This document shows positions 54,523-64,000 of a DNA stretch of 64,000 nt, in pieces. Every line of letters starts with the position of its first letter. The stretch's first letter is position 1. Under the pieces are notes generated by a model. The model saw only the letters and a program-made list of their open reading frames with translations, was not told the origin of the DNA and did not search any database. The DNA is taken from the sequence record NC_025447.1. One strand, given 5' to 3'. The translations under genes and the position numbers were made by a program.

Positions 54523-55013
54523 TTACTACAGAATATGATTACGATGGTGTTTTAGAATTTGCAGACAATATCTATCGCATTGCAAAGGAGTTCAGAAGTC
54601 CTGACCCATTTGGTGGTATGTTCGAATACGATGAGTTTAGTTCATCCAAAGGAAGACTTGCGTTTACTAATGAAAGAGGTAATCAAATCTATGCCGAGTA
54701 CTTTGATGACAATGACTTTCATTACAAAGCCGGATACATTTCATATTGCCCTGGGTCTGATTTGAAGATTAATATTGACAATTATAGAGAAGCAGTATTT
54801 GTTAAGTATGATGATTTAGTGTTCATGTCAGAGGAAATGTACTTTCAGGGTTCTTGTATTCATGATGTAAAAGTACTTAATGCTATGTTATTTTATGGTG
54901 CACTACTTCATCATTACAAATACAAACAACGATTCTTTTTAGATTTAGTAGTATACTATAAATGCGTGGATTATTTGAATGCAAAATACGACAACAATTC
55001 AGTACATGACTGA
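54519..55013 (+). CDS. Family C protein
   Basis: EEMYFQGSCIHD. Confidence 0.75.
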   Translation: MITTEYDYDGVLEFADNIYRIAKEFRSPDPFGGMFEYDEFSSSKGRLAFTNERGNQIYAEYFDDNDFHYKAGYISYCPGSDLKINIDNYREAVFVKYDDLVFMSEEMYFQGSCIHDVKVLNAMLFYGALLHHYKYKQRFFLDLVVYYKCVDYLNAKYDNNSVHD

Positions 55014-55341
55014 TGGTACTGAATACTTTGTTTCAAGATATGTAATCAGACACAATCATTATGTAACCTATATTCCAGAATACAATCAATTTTATATCCA
55101 GATTTATCAAGACAATGGAAAGATAAATGATATATATTCAGAAATAAAAATCCCTGATTATAGTACTTTATCAGAAGAGGAATTGTTTCAGCAGAGCACT
55201 ATCAGTACTGAAGATGTGTACAAAATAATGGAATACCAGAAGGTACTTAAATATTTTCATGAAGTACAGGATATACAAATAGATATTCTTACTGCGTGGA
55301 GTTATATCACACACGAGGTAAATTATGTTCGAAATGATTAA
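55006..55341 (+). CDS. Family C protein
   Basis: EEELFQQSTI; start corrected. Confidence 0.75.
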   Translation: MTDGTEYFVSRYVIRHNHYVTYIPEYNQFYIQIYQDNGKINDIYSEIKIPDYSTLSEEELFQQSTISTEDVYKIMEYQKVLKYFHEVQDIQIDILTAWSYITHEVNYVRND

Positions 55342-55738
55342 AATTATGCAACGATGTGTTGTTGACCAACACGGGATATATGGATATCGTTTAAGTGCTC
55401 CTATTGACAAAAATAAAACAACCTATGTAAGCTATAATGCTGTACAAGGATTTGATATATTCATTAGTACTAATTATCAAATCAATCAAGCTAAAGATGT
55501 GTCTATAATGACCCCTGATGAGTTATTTCAGTACAGCTTAGTCTTTCCTTCATGTATCGATTTACAACGTCTAGGAGCGATACAGAAGGTTTTACGCGAA
55601 CATAAAGTACAACCCAATAAAGTCACACACATTCCAGAAACAATCTTCAAAACCATAGAAGTAGAAACTCCTGATTATATGTTAAGTGATGATGAGTACT
55701 ACGAGAAACACTTCCCTGGTAAAGTTTGGAGAGATTGA
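55325..55738 (+). CDS. Family C protein
   Basis: DELFQYSLVF. Confidence 0.75.
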   Translation: MFEMIKIMQRCVVDQHGIYGYRLSAPIDKNKTTYVSYNAVQGFDIFISTNYQINQAKDVSIMTPDELFQYSLVFPSCIDLQRLGAIQKVLREHKVQPNKVTHIPETIFKTIEVETPDYMLSDDEYYEKHFPGKVWRD

Positions 55739-56229
55739 TGAACCGAAAGTACAGAGAAACTATGAAGTTCGCTAGGGAGTGTTTAGAAGTGTTTGAGTTC
55801 ATCAATGCTCATAAAGATTTACTCCATAGATACATTGCAATCAGTGAGACAGATGACCATAGGTACATATGTTCTCGAATTCAAGATAAGATATATAAGA
55901 TTGTGTTCTCGGAAACATACACAGATACATCTAATTCACTATATGATTTTGCACGTACTGATTACGTTTCATACAAATCTTGGTCTGATAGTATTAAAAT
56001 TGTGCACAAGCAAAATACATTTTATTCTTTTCTTACGGACATTTCCGAAGAAAGTTACTTTCAAAACAGTTTAATTTATACAGAAAAAGAACTCAAAATG
56101 TTATATATTATGTCGTACTTTAAAAAGTACTGCAAATTTAATACATTATCTTTTGAGATTTCTGCAATGAAAGTATTCATTAAAAATGTAAAAGAACTAA
56201 AGAGGGCTTTTAATGTACATAGAAAATGA
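55738..56229 (+). CDS. Family C protein
   Basis: EESYFQNSLIY. Confidence 0.75.
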   Translation: MNRKYRETMKFARECLEVFEFINAHKDLLHRYIAISETDDHRYICSRIQDKIYKIVFSETYTDTSNSLYDFARTDYVSYKSWSDSIKIVHKQNTFYSFLTDISEESYFQNSLIYTEKELKMLYIMSYFKKYCKFNTLSFEISAMKVFIKNVKELKRAFNVHRK

Positions 56230-56755
56230 GAATGTAAAATGCATTACTGAAATTTGTATAAAATTAATGAAAATTTTCATTAACCCAAAATACAAAAAAC
56301 GTTCATTACATCATAATATTGATGAGCATTGTACCATTAATATACTAGGTAGTATTCTTGATGTAAAATATGATGGTAGAATGTTATTTGGCATAAGAGA
56401 AGAGAAAATAGATGATGCATTCTTTTCCTGTAAAGATAAATTTGAACCTTCTGATTATAAAGTAATTATTCGTGATGATAGCATCTACATTAGTAGTGAT
56501 TATTCAAATTACTTCGATAAAATATACAATGAAAACGTTGACTACCATTATGAAATGATAGATTTACCAGTAACAGACATTGATATGGAGAGAATCAAAT
56601 TTTCATTATCAGATAATGAGTACTTAGGTATACAAACATATTATTCACTACAAGGAAAGATTCCACCTGCTATGTATATAAGGATTGAGATTGGTAATGT
56701 ATTCAATGATAAGGTTATATCTATTGCTGATAAAATATTGAGGGTTGAATTATGA
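56213..56755 (+). CDS. Hypothetical protein
   Basis: 180 aa ORF in operon. Confidence 0.7.
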   Translation: MYIENENVKCITEICIKLMKIFINPKYKKRSLHHNIDEHCTINILGSILDVKYDGRMLFGIREEKIDDAFFSCKDKFEPSDYKVIIRDDSIYISSDYSNYFDKIYNENVDYHYEMIDLPVTDIDMERIKFSLSDNEYLGIQTYYSLQGKIPPAMYIRIEIGNVFNDKVISIADKILRVEL

Positions 56756-57315
56756 ATATCAATGATTACCAATTTCATAGGCTTGAATTTCGTCATTGTG
56801 TTGCATTTGCAAAAACATTGATGTGCATCATTGACACTCTTTCATCCAAACAATTTCGTAAGGATAATGATTTATTTCTGAAAAAAGGTCGTGTAACATC
56901 AACCGATATCGGTATTGAACTATTTGTTGATATCAGTGTTGATACCGGAGACAGTACAAGGGTTGGTTGTATAGGTCATATTGGTACACATTGCTTCACA
57001 TGGAATCCAAATACAAGTCAAGTACGAGTTGATTATAGAAATTCACGTTGGGTTGATCTTAGTACTGAATCAGATTTAGAATCAGCTATGTTCCAGCTAA
57101 GTTTAATTCACAATCCTAATGAACTTCTTTACATTATTACTTTCAGTTATCTGTTACAAAACTACGATAATCCATCAGGATTTTTCATAGAATCAGATAT
57201 AGATGAAATTATGGAAGAGATTCCCAGTTTAAAGAATATTCTCGAAGAAAAAGATTTCTATGAAGACTTCAGAGATTTATACGACATGCACTTGGAGTTA
57301 TTTAAGAATGGATAA
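56752..57315 (+). CDS. Family C protein
   Basis: ESAMFQLSLIH. Confidence 0.75.
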   Translation: MNINDYQFHRLEFRHCVAFAKTLMCIIDTLSSKQFRKDNDLFLKKGRVTSTDIGIELFVDISVDTGDSTRVGCIGHIGTHCFTWNPNTSQVRVDYRNSRWVDLSTESDLESAMFQLSLIHNPNELLYIITFSYLLQNYDNPSGFFIESDIDEIMEEIPSLKNILEEKDFYEDFRDLYDMHLELFKNG

Positions 57316-57826
57316 AGATGATATTCTAATTAGACTAATTAATAGTTTAATAAAGTTCTCAAATAATGATGTCGATACATACAAAGTGGGGGATATTGAA
57401 TTTAAATCATTTGGTATGTACGGTGAGGATAAAACATATTATGCGTCAATGAAATTTCAAGATTTTCACGAGATGTTAATATCGTTATCATATGAAGATG
57501 TTGATCCAAGATGGAGTTCCAGTATTTCACTATCGAGAATGGTAATTCGTAGTAAGCATCGTTATATTTCGTCAAAGAATACTCCTAACTTGATTAATAT
57601 TGTGTTGAATGAAAATACAAATCCCCTATCTAAACATGATATCGTACCGTTAACCGATGAAGTTCTTTTTCAATTGAGTACCATTTGTGATGAAGATGTG
57701 ATATCATGTATGAAAATTTATGAGAAGGTTGGGAGTGATATTCCCATGAACTATTACCTAACTATAGATGGAACGTACCTTCGAGATGAGGTTCTAGCGT
57801 ACATTGACAGTGTTTTACCAAAATAA
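57308..57826 (+). CDS. Family C protein
   Basis: DEVLFQLSTICD; start corrected. Confidence 0.75.
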   Translation: MDKDDILIRLINSLIKFSNNDVDTYKVGDIEFKSFGMYGEDKTYYASMKFQDFHEMLISLSYEDVDPRWSSSISLSRMVIRSKHRYISSKNTPNLINIVLNENTNPLSKHDIVPLTDEVLFQLSTICDEDVISCMKIYEKVGSDIPMNYYLTIDGTYLRDEVLAYIDSVLPK

Positions 57827-57886
57827 AGACCCGTATGGGTCTTTTTGTGTTTATGGCTTTACAAGAGCATTCAGGTGTGTTATACT
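57825..57886 (+). terminator. Intrinsic terminator followed by sigma70-type promoter
   Basis: AAAGACCC-GTAT-GGGTCTTT-TT; then TTTACA-17-TATACT at 57858-57886. Confidence 0.75.
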
Positions 57887-57913
57887 TGATTTTAACTAGA
57901 GTTGGAGGAATCT

Positions 57914-58480
57914 ATGAGTACTGAATTAATTAAAGAAGTCACATTACTTCTGAAGCATTGTTTTAAGTTCATTCCTGATACTGGCTCACGCCAGTACATT
58001 AAAGTTAATGAGAAATATAACATCAATATCCTTGTATCTGAAACTGCGAGCAGTTATGCTAACATTGAGTTGGATTCTGAAGAAAAATATACAGTATTAC
58101 AAATCATAGCAGATGTACAACGTAAACAAGATTATCGTTCTTCATTTTACAACGATTATCTGTGCGTTTGCTCAAACTTCAGTGAGAATAAAATTGTGTA
58201 TAAGAATTTATACACACATGAAGTGATTGATACATATAATTATAAAATTTCATCTGATGAATACAATGTTCTAATGTTCAACGCAAACCTTTTGTATGAT
58301 GCCAGTACTGTACGCTGTTTAGAGTTAGCATATAAAATTCCAAAGATCATGGAAAGAAAAGATTTGATTCACTTTAAAACAATTTTAAAATACAGTACAA
58401 AAGAATTAGAGGATTTAGTACAGGCTCTTAAGAATTTCATTAATGAACATGTACCTGTTAAATTCGAGGATGCACAATGA
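57914..58480 (+). CDS. Hypothetical protein, possible divergent family C
   Basis: GGAGG RBS; VLMFNANLLYD. Confidence 0.7.
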   Translation: MSTELIKEVTLLLKHCFKFIPDTGSRQYIKVNEKYNINILVSETASSYANIELDSEEKYTVLQIIADVQRKQDYRSSFYNDYLCVCSNFSENKIVYKNLYTHEVIDTYNYKISSDEYNVLMFNANLLYDASTVRCLELAYKIPKIMERKDLIHFKTILKYSTKELEDLVQALKNFINEHVPVKFEDAQ

Positions 58481-59061
58481 ACCATATCAGAACTAAAATT
58501 TTGAGACTCATGCATGACATTGCAGAACTTTCAGAGATTCATGACATTACGGAAATTGTTGAATTTGATAATTATCGACTGAAAATTGAAAACAAATCCA
58601 AACATCGTTTTGGTTCAGTTCAGTTGGATGTATATAAAACTTATGAATTTTCTAAAAAAATTAAAAGTTCATGGGATACGATTACTATGTACATTCGCAC
58701 ATCCAGAAATCGTGAACGTATTGGTTCTATTTCTTCTAATATGGTATTTGCGAATGCATTACATGAAAAAATGAATAAAATTGTAGAATCTGATTTCAGT
58801 GAAGATGATGGTTTTATTGGGTTGGATGTTCCACCAGAATTAGACCAAAGTGAAGATATTCGAGATGCATTCATTTTCCAGAAATCATTGTTGGACAATT
58901 ACAAAGAATTCGAGTACTTAATGCTTTGTTACGATACTGCAAAAATTCTTGATTGTGGTGAACTAGTTATGTACAATGATTTTATCAATTGCAAGACTGA
59001 TGTTCTGAATACACTACTTCAAAATATAGAATCTGTTAAGGAAAAATATGAACGCTTATAG
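58477..59061 (+). CDS. Family C protein
   Basis: DAFIFQKSLLD. Confidence 0.75.
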   Translation: MNHIRTKILRLMHDIAELSEIHDITEIVEFDNYRLKIENKSKHRFGSVQLDVYKTYEFSKKIKSSWDTITMYIRTSRNRERIGSISSNMVFANALHEKMNKIVESDFSEDDGFIGLDVPPELDQSEDIRDAFIFQKSLLDNYKEFEYLMLCYDTAKILDCGELVMYNDFINCKTDVLNTLLQNIESVKEKYERL

Positions 59062-59629
59062 TTATATGACAGAACGCCATCAGTTATTATATGATATCAG
59101 TAAAAAAATGCTATCAATTGTTGGTAGTGCGAAAGAAATTGAAAAACAATATCTCATCCGTGATGTAGCAATTTCATCTAAATGTTGGTCAAATGAATAT
59201 TACGACCACGGTATTCTTACTATTTCTGGGGCTAGAAATATTTGTATTGTAAAAAATAAAAGTAAAAGTAATGAAGAGTGTGAGATTAGAACCGATATAC
59301 AAATTAAGGATGATGGAAGTTTTTCACACCACCCATTCCATATTAGTACTATTGGTGTTTTATATAATATTAAAGTACTATTCGGTGATGAAGAGTATGT
59401 GTTAAAAGCTATCAATCCAGATTCAAGTACAGTTGAAGAAGAACTGTTCCAGATGAGCACTGTTATACCTGAAGAGGTTCTTAGTACTGTTGTTTTTTGT
59501 AGTTTAATTTATCATACATACAAAAAGAACCAATTCGATTTCCACATTTTAGGAACGTACATCTTCAATACTTTGAATGTTGATCGTTTAAAAGCATTAA
59601 ATGCAGCAATGGATAAGGTGCTACAATGA
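59048..59629 (+). CDS. Family C protein
   Basis: EEELFQMSTVI. Confidence 0.75.
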   Translation: MNAYSYMTERHQLLYDISKKMLSIVGSAKEIEKQYLIRDVAISSKCWSNEYYDHGILTISGARNICIVKNKSKSNEECEIRTDIQIKDDGSFSHHPFHISTIGVLYNIKVLFGDEEYVLKAINPDSSTVEEELFQMSTVIPEEVLSTVVFCSLIYHTYKKNQFDFHILGTYIFNTLNVDRLKALNAAMDKVLQ

Positions 59630-60054
59630 CAAGAGATGATTGTTTGTACATATGGGATATAATTGAAACTACACTTTCAAATCCAGAAAATTATAAAACA
59701 AAAAAAAGACAACGACACAAAATATGGATAGATTTGTTCGTTGAGGGCATACACGCAGTGACTATTTGGGATTCACCGAGGGCATCAGCATCTACTCTAT
59801 TGGACAATGAATGCATTGATTGCATTAATTCCACTTTTCATCTCTACGGTACTACATTTTTCGGTACATTTCTGGATATTGAAAGTAAAGATGATATTGA
59901 TTCACTTGCGTTACAATACCAAGTACTGTATAATACTAAATTAATTTACGATTTAGTACTAGCTTCTTATGTGTATAAATTAATGATGAAATATAATCAT
60001 ATTTCTGTTTCAGTTTATACTAAGGATATTCTTTCATTAAGAGACAAAACATGA
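59626..60054 (+). CDS. Hypothetical protein, possible divergent family C
   Basis: DSLALQYQVLYN. Confidence 0.65.
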   Translation: MTRDDCLYIWDIIETTLSNPENYKTKKRQRHKIWIDLFVEGIHAVTIWDSPRASASTLLDNECIDCINSTFHLYGTTFFGTFLDIESKDDIDSLALQYQVLYNTKLIYDLVLASYVYKLMMKYNHISVSVYTKDILSLRDKT

Positions 60055-60560
60055 GTTTATTAAATGCACGCGAATTAGTTGAGATGTATGAGATTTTGTC
60101 TTCATATAAAAATTCTCATGGAGATGTGATTCTCGACAAAAAGTTCCATGTCAGTGTTGAACATATATCAAATATAGATATGATTTCTTTGGTGGAAAGT
60201 AATAAGTCAGGTCTTGAACGCGATATCATGCGTTTGATTTATATTCCCAAACCATCATATACTAATGATAGTTCAATTAGTAATGAGACATTCATGTATA
60301 GTCCTGGTACGGATTCTACTATAGTATCGCTGTCCAATAAATCAATGGGTACTTTCCAATTCATCTATACCAGTACTGATAACATTGAAGAAATTGAATT
60401 TCAAAACAATACATTAAGTCCATGTAGTAGTGTTATAACCTTTATGTCATATCTATGGTCAACTAAAACAAGTGCTGTTGTATATAGTTCAAATTATACA
60501 CAAGATAGTATTGTTGAATCATATAAAGTTCTAAAGGAATACTATGAAAATAACAAATGA
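60051..60560 (+). CDS. Family C protein
   Basis: EEIEFQNNTL. Confidence 0.7.
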   Translation: MSLLNARELVEMYEILSSYKNSHGDVILDKKFHVSVEHISNIDMISLVESNKSGLERDIMRLIYIPKPSYTNDSSISNETFMYSPGTDSTIVSLSNKSMGTFQFIYTSTDNIEEIEFQNNTLSPCSSVITFMSYLWSTKTSAVVYSSNYTQDSIVESYKVLKEYYENNK

Positions 60561-61125
60561 TTTTATTAAAAGTGTAGTACACCCTATGCTTAGTATTATG
60601 AAAAAAATACAGAATCTACCGGAAGATAACGATTACAAGTTTAATCGTTTTGATTCAGATGTGTTTTGTATTGAAATTGAAATTAATAACAATCGCAATT
60701 TACATTTAAAATTCAAAGAATCGTCAAGTCCGTACTACAACTTTGATATGAATTTTAAAATAGATACTGACATTGAAGAAAACGTAATATCAAATCATAC
60801 TAGCAAAAATGGTTTTATGCATAGAACTACTATGTACAATAATAAAAATAGTATTATATCTAAATGGAATCATCAATTCACTAAAATTTGTGAAATTGAA
60901 TATAGTGATTTTGGTGAAGAGAATTACTTTCAGTTAAGTACAATTCATGAACTTCCACCGTATGATTATGTTAAAACATGGTTTGATATTCATAATATAA
61001 TTGATGATGCAATCAAACTTCCTTTTGGTGTGTCAATATCATATACTGCTCCTAAAACATTTGTTTTTACTGAAGATATGATTATGAAAAAGATATGGGC
61101 AATTATCCCACTTATGATGGATTAA
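60544..61125 (+). CDS. Family C protein
   Basis: EENYFQLSTIHE. Confidence 0.75.
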   Translation: MKITNDFIKSVVHPMLSIMKKIQNLPEDNDYKFNRFDSDVFCIEIEINNNRNLHLKFKESSSPYYNFDMNFKIDTDIEENVISNHTSKNGFMHRTTMYNNKNSIISKWNHQFTKICEIEYSDFGEENYFQLSTIHELPPYDYVKTWFDIHNIIDDAIKLPFGVSISYTAPKTFVFTEDMIMKKIWAIIPLMMD

Positions 61126-61130
61126 ATTCG

Positions 61131-61168
61131 TACCAGGGGTTGACTCTGGTATTTTTGTATGATACATT
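61131..61168 (+). terminator. Terminator overlapping the -35 of the next promoter
   Basis: TACCAGGG-GTTGA-CTCTGGTA-TTTTT; TTGACT-17-TACATT. Confidence 0.7.
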
Positions 61169-61186
61169 GTCCTAAAGGAGAATTTT

Positions 61187-61738
61187 ATGAACTACAATCA
61201 TGATCTTTTTACATTATGTGCATCCAAATGTGTTGATGGATGGACAGATAAAATCAATACCATAATTCATCGATATCTGGTCTTTAGTTCTCGTGCACGA
61301 AGTGAGGGGGCTATGGATTTCAAATATACACTATCTATTGATGGTGTAACTATCCATGCAGACGAAGAACGTCTGAGCATTAATTTGTATGATTCATGTG
61401 TATTTGCTATTCACCAAAAGATGGGGAAAGGATGGGGTTGTAATAACATTAACTCAAAAGCTATCTTTTGGGTTGGTCACCACCAGACAGTACTTGATCC
61501 TTCAATCAAATCTAATCTTTTATCCGATAATATGGTTTATGATTTATTGTACTCCGAAGAACAACATTTTCAGTTAAGTACATTACATGATCTGGCACAG
61601 TACGAGGATTGTTACAAAACATTAGAACTATGCCATTCCCTTGAACTTAAAGATAAATTGATACAAGTTTACCCTTCATTCTTTCATGAAGAAGTACAAA
61701 GTACACTAGATCATATTTTATATGGATACGATAAATGA
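61187..61738 (+). CDS. Family C protein
   Basis: EEQHFQLSTLHD; AAGGAG RBS. Confidence 0.75.
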   Translation: MNYNHDLFTLCASKCVDGWTDKINTIIHRYLVFSSRARSEGAMDFKYTLSIDGVTIHADEERLSINLYDSCVFAIHQKMGKGWGCNNINSKAIFWVGHHQTVLDPSIKSNLLSDNMVYDLLYSEEQHFQLSTLHDLAQYEDCYKTLELCHSLELKDKLIQVYPSFFHEEVQSTLDHILYGYDK

Positions 61739-62337
61739 GAAAAAGTTATCAAGAAGCTATTGACTTAATTCGTGAAGTTATCAAGGTGGCTCCTGCTGCT
61801 ATTGAGTTCAAGAAGTCCATATACAAGAAGTATGGTTCAATGTCGAGTATGTGCTTTCAAAAGAAACGTAGAGCATTCACTACCCAGTACTGGAATGATT
61901 CTATCATCCTGAGCAATGAGACTCAGCGTATTTTAACACTAGAATCTGAACCTAATGAGTACGGGGAAGGGAACATTTGTGTACCTGATTATGATGAAAT
62001 TAACTTCAACTGCGGTGATTTTGAAACAACATTATTACTTCATGAGGGTTATCCAGAAGGTGATGTATTAGCTGAGTACAATCCAAAAACTAAAATTCTC
62101 AAAAGAGGAATCCAGTTCACTATTAATAACAAAGATGATGTTCAAGCAGCACTGATGCAACTGAGTACAAGTGAACCTATCACTATTAGTGTAGAAGAGT
62201 TATGGGGAATTATTTCAGTACTCAATGAGTGCTACAAAGTAAAATCATTGCGTAAACACAGCATTATATTACATACCAATATGGCAAATATAAAATGTAA
62301 GCACATTCAAGAAATGGTGGTTCCAGATGGACTTTAA
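61735..62337 (+). CDS. Hypothetical protein, possible divergent family C
   Basis: QAALMQLSTS. Confidence 0.7.
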   Translation: MRKSYQEAIDLIREVIKVAPAAIEFKKSIYKKYGSMSSMCFQKKRRAFTTQYWNDSIILSNETQRILTLESEPNEYGEGNICVPDYDEINFNCGDFETTLLLHEGYPEGDVLAEYNPKTKILKRGIQFTINNKDDVQAALMQLSTSEPITISVEELWGIISVLNECYKVKSLRKHSIILHTNMANIKCKHIQEMVVPDGL

Positions 62338-62911
62338 AGAAATTGAAAGTAAATTAAAGTACTTCAAAGATATCAAACTTCTTTGGAAAAAGTATAAAGT
62401 TGATTACAATTTCAGTGATGATGAGACAATAAAATACATTGAGATTAATATCAAAATCAAGTTCAAGAATAATAATTATGGTGAAGTAACCTTAAATCAT
62501 ACTGGTATATCACTCAAGGACTATGATGGTACAACACTCGCATATTTTGACTTCACACCAGAACCAGGTGAAACACTACTTAGTGAGATAAATTCCTATG
62601 ACATGGAAGTGTTCGGCGGGAATCCGTTACTGTTCCGACTTTCTGAAGAGTGGAGTGAAGAGTACTACACTTACAAAGATGGTGTAGTACTTGACATTCA
62701 TGGAGAAGTTGTGAATGACTTGGAAGAACGTTTGTTCCAAGAATTGTGTGTTTCAAATACTTCATATGCATACAATCATATCCTTGACATGTTTGATTTA
62801 TATAGTAAAATAGATGCTGAAATGAAGGCACATGGTATTCATTACCTTACAATTAACGACTATGCTCAACTCGAAACCGCTGTGAAAGCATTGACTAAAG
62901 TACTGAAATAG
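62327..62911 (+). CDS. Family C protein
   Basis: EERLFQELCV. Confidence 0.7.
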   Translation: MDFKEIESKLKYFKDIKLLWKKYKVDYNFSDDETIKYIEINIKIKFKNNNYGEVTLNHTGISLKDYDGTTLAYFDFTPEPGETLLSEINSYDMEVFGGNPLLFRLSEEWSEEYYTYKDGVVLDIHGEVVNDLEERLFQELCVSNTSYAYNHILDMFDLYSKIDAEMKAHGIHYLTINDYAQLETAVKALTKVLK

Positions 62912-62920
62912 GAATGAAAT

Positions 62921-63334
62921 ATGAAACTGTATCATGCGAGTACTGTAAAAATTGATAACTTTTATATCCCGTATGGTGGTCTTCATATGGGAGGTAAACA
63001 CAGTGCTTTGGAAGCTGCATTACGCAAGCTGAGAAGCCCACTGAACGTAGTAGACGCATGTACAGTATACTTGCATACCTTAGAAGTTGATGTTGATAAC
63101 GTGCTTCTGTGTGAAGATTTAGGCAGTGATGATGAGTGGCGTTCACTTATTGAGAATTGCACTGCTCAAGGTTATGATGCTGTTCAGTACAAAAATGATT
63201 ACGAGCCAGACAATGTTCCTAGCTTTATGATTTGGGATGCATCTAAAGTTCGCATCATTGAAGTTGATGCTATGCATATGGATGAAGCTGAAATGATTAT
63301 CGAAGATTTTCTTGATGAATATGAAGGTGTATAA
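62921..63334 (+). CDS. Putative ADP-ribosyltransferase-fold protein (ART-PolyVal-like)
   Basis: N-terminal KLYHAS, GGLHMG..A, and C-terminal GYDAVQYKND.E...SFMIWDASKVRI; this pattern resembles small phage ART-like domains. Confidence 0.5.
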   Translation: MKLYHASTVKIDNFYIPYGGLHMGGKHSALEAALRKLRSPLNVVDACTVYLHTLEVDVDNVLLCEDLGSDDEWRSLIENCTAQGYDAVQYKNDYEPDNVPSFMIWDASKVRIIEVDAMHMDEAEMIIEDFLDEYEGV

Positions 63335-63870
63335 TGTCTGACCCGATGGTAGCACTGGCACGTACAAAATTACTATTAAAGATTGGTGAGATTTTTACGG
63401 TTCTTCTGTCCAATAATATTGATATCACTGAGCTAGATATTAAGCAACCGTGGGAAGTGACTATGTTCTCGGCGTTCCACCGATTGTCATATAAAGGTGA
63501 AAGTGTTCTTGATTTTAACCCTAAAGCAAAATTCATAGATTATGCTGCGTTGTACAGAGAGTTGCACCGAAATATTTATTCCGGTTGTATAACCAATAAC
63601 TTCAAAGAAATTAAAGTTCAAACTGCATCACATGAGTTCAATGATTTACTTTATCCAGAATTTAATCTAACGGAAGAATTACTCTTTCAGTACTCGTTAA
63701 TTCTCACAAATCTCGAAACGCTAGAGTACTACAAAGAGTTAGTAGATATTTTTATGAATACACGACTTTCAAAAGATATTGTGATATTCTGGTATACAGA
63801 GCATGTTACGGAGGAATTGCTTACTGAATTTCTTCTAAATATGACAGCTATAAAGGAGAAGTTATGTTAG
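63334..63870 (+). CDS. Family C protein
   Basis: EELLFQYSLI. Confidence 0.75.
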   Translation: MSDPMVALARTKLLLKIGEIFTVLLSNNIDITELDIKQPWEVTMFSAFHRLSYKGESVLDFNPKAKFIDYAALYRELHRNIYSGCITNNFKEIKVQTASHEFNDLLYPEFNLTEELLFQYSLILTNLETLEYYKELVDIFMNTRLSKDIVIFWYTEHVTEELLTEFLLNMTAIKEKLC

Positions 63871-64000
63871 ATATTTTAGGAAACATCGATACTGCAAATT
63901 ATTTTATCCAGGACGCACTGTTCAATACAGTTCAACAAGGATTAGAAGTTCGTCATAACGTTTACCAAGGTGATGGTTATTTCGTTGATATTGTTGAGGC
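63864..64000 (+). CDS. Partial hypothetical protein (runs off window)
   Basis: AAGGAG RBS; MLDILGNIDTANY... open to end. Confidence 0.6.
   Translation, partial: MLDILGNIDTANYFIQDALFNTVQQGLEVRHNVYQGDGYFVDIVE

Noticed and set aside
13143-63536. Numerous 60-120 aa antisense or out-of-frame ORFs overlapping called genes (e.g. 13143, 16402, 20410, 30707, 47275, 58641, 62580)
   Set aside because: No RBS, full overlap with better-supported genes, and no family motifs

Overview
AT-rich, gene-dense phage DNA with no core virion or replication hallmark gene in the window. The large paralog arrays, sigma70-type early promoters and RCC1-like late genes suggest an enterobacterial jumbo myovirus, possibly RaK2/GAP32/121Q-like (inference only). 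Five blocks are visible. (1) 1-7.3 kb, minus strand: seven genes (six RCC1/BLIP-II-like beta-propellers, one Gly-rich), each behind a near-identical terminator-promoter-RBS cassette and starting with the peptide MLPFARMVKYGN or a close variant. (2) 7.3-11.2 kb: 16 tiny paralogs (family A, M..E(Y/F)Y...LI(Y/F)(K/R)Y). (3) 11.2-13.1 kb: a non-coding region with repeats, hairpins and a G/C skew reversal, a candidate origin or genome end. (4) 13-31.5 kb: about 50 small early genes with more than 30 repeated promoter-hairpin-RBS cassettes. This block includes H-NS-like, TraR/YbiI-like, GNAT and kinase-like genes, plus 11 gene-less promoter units carrying a conserved two-hairpin motif (candidate small-RNA family). 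(5) 31.7-64 kb: arrays of two further families defined by short motifs (family B, GTxYQE, about 27 genes; family C, EExxFQxS, about 44 genes). AGTACT is strongly enriched overall, but GTACT is absent from a 7.5 kb island (37.8-45.4 kb) where GTACA dominates. I saw no tRNA, rRNA, CRISPR array, integrase or transposase. Many ORF-track starts were moved downstream to the ATG/GTG that follows a Shine-Dalgarno sequence. All counts are manual.
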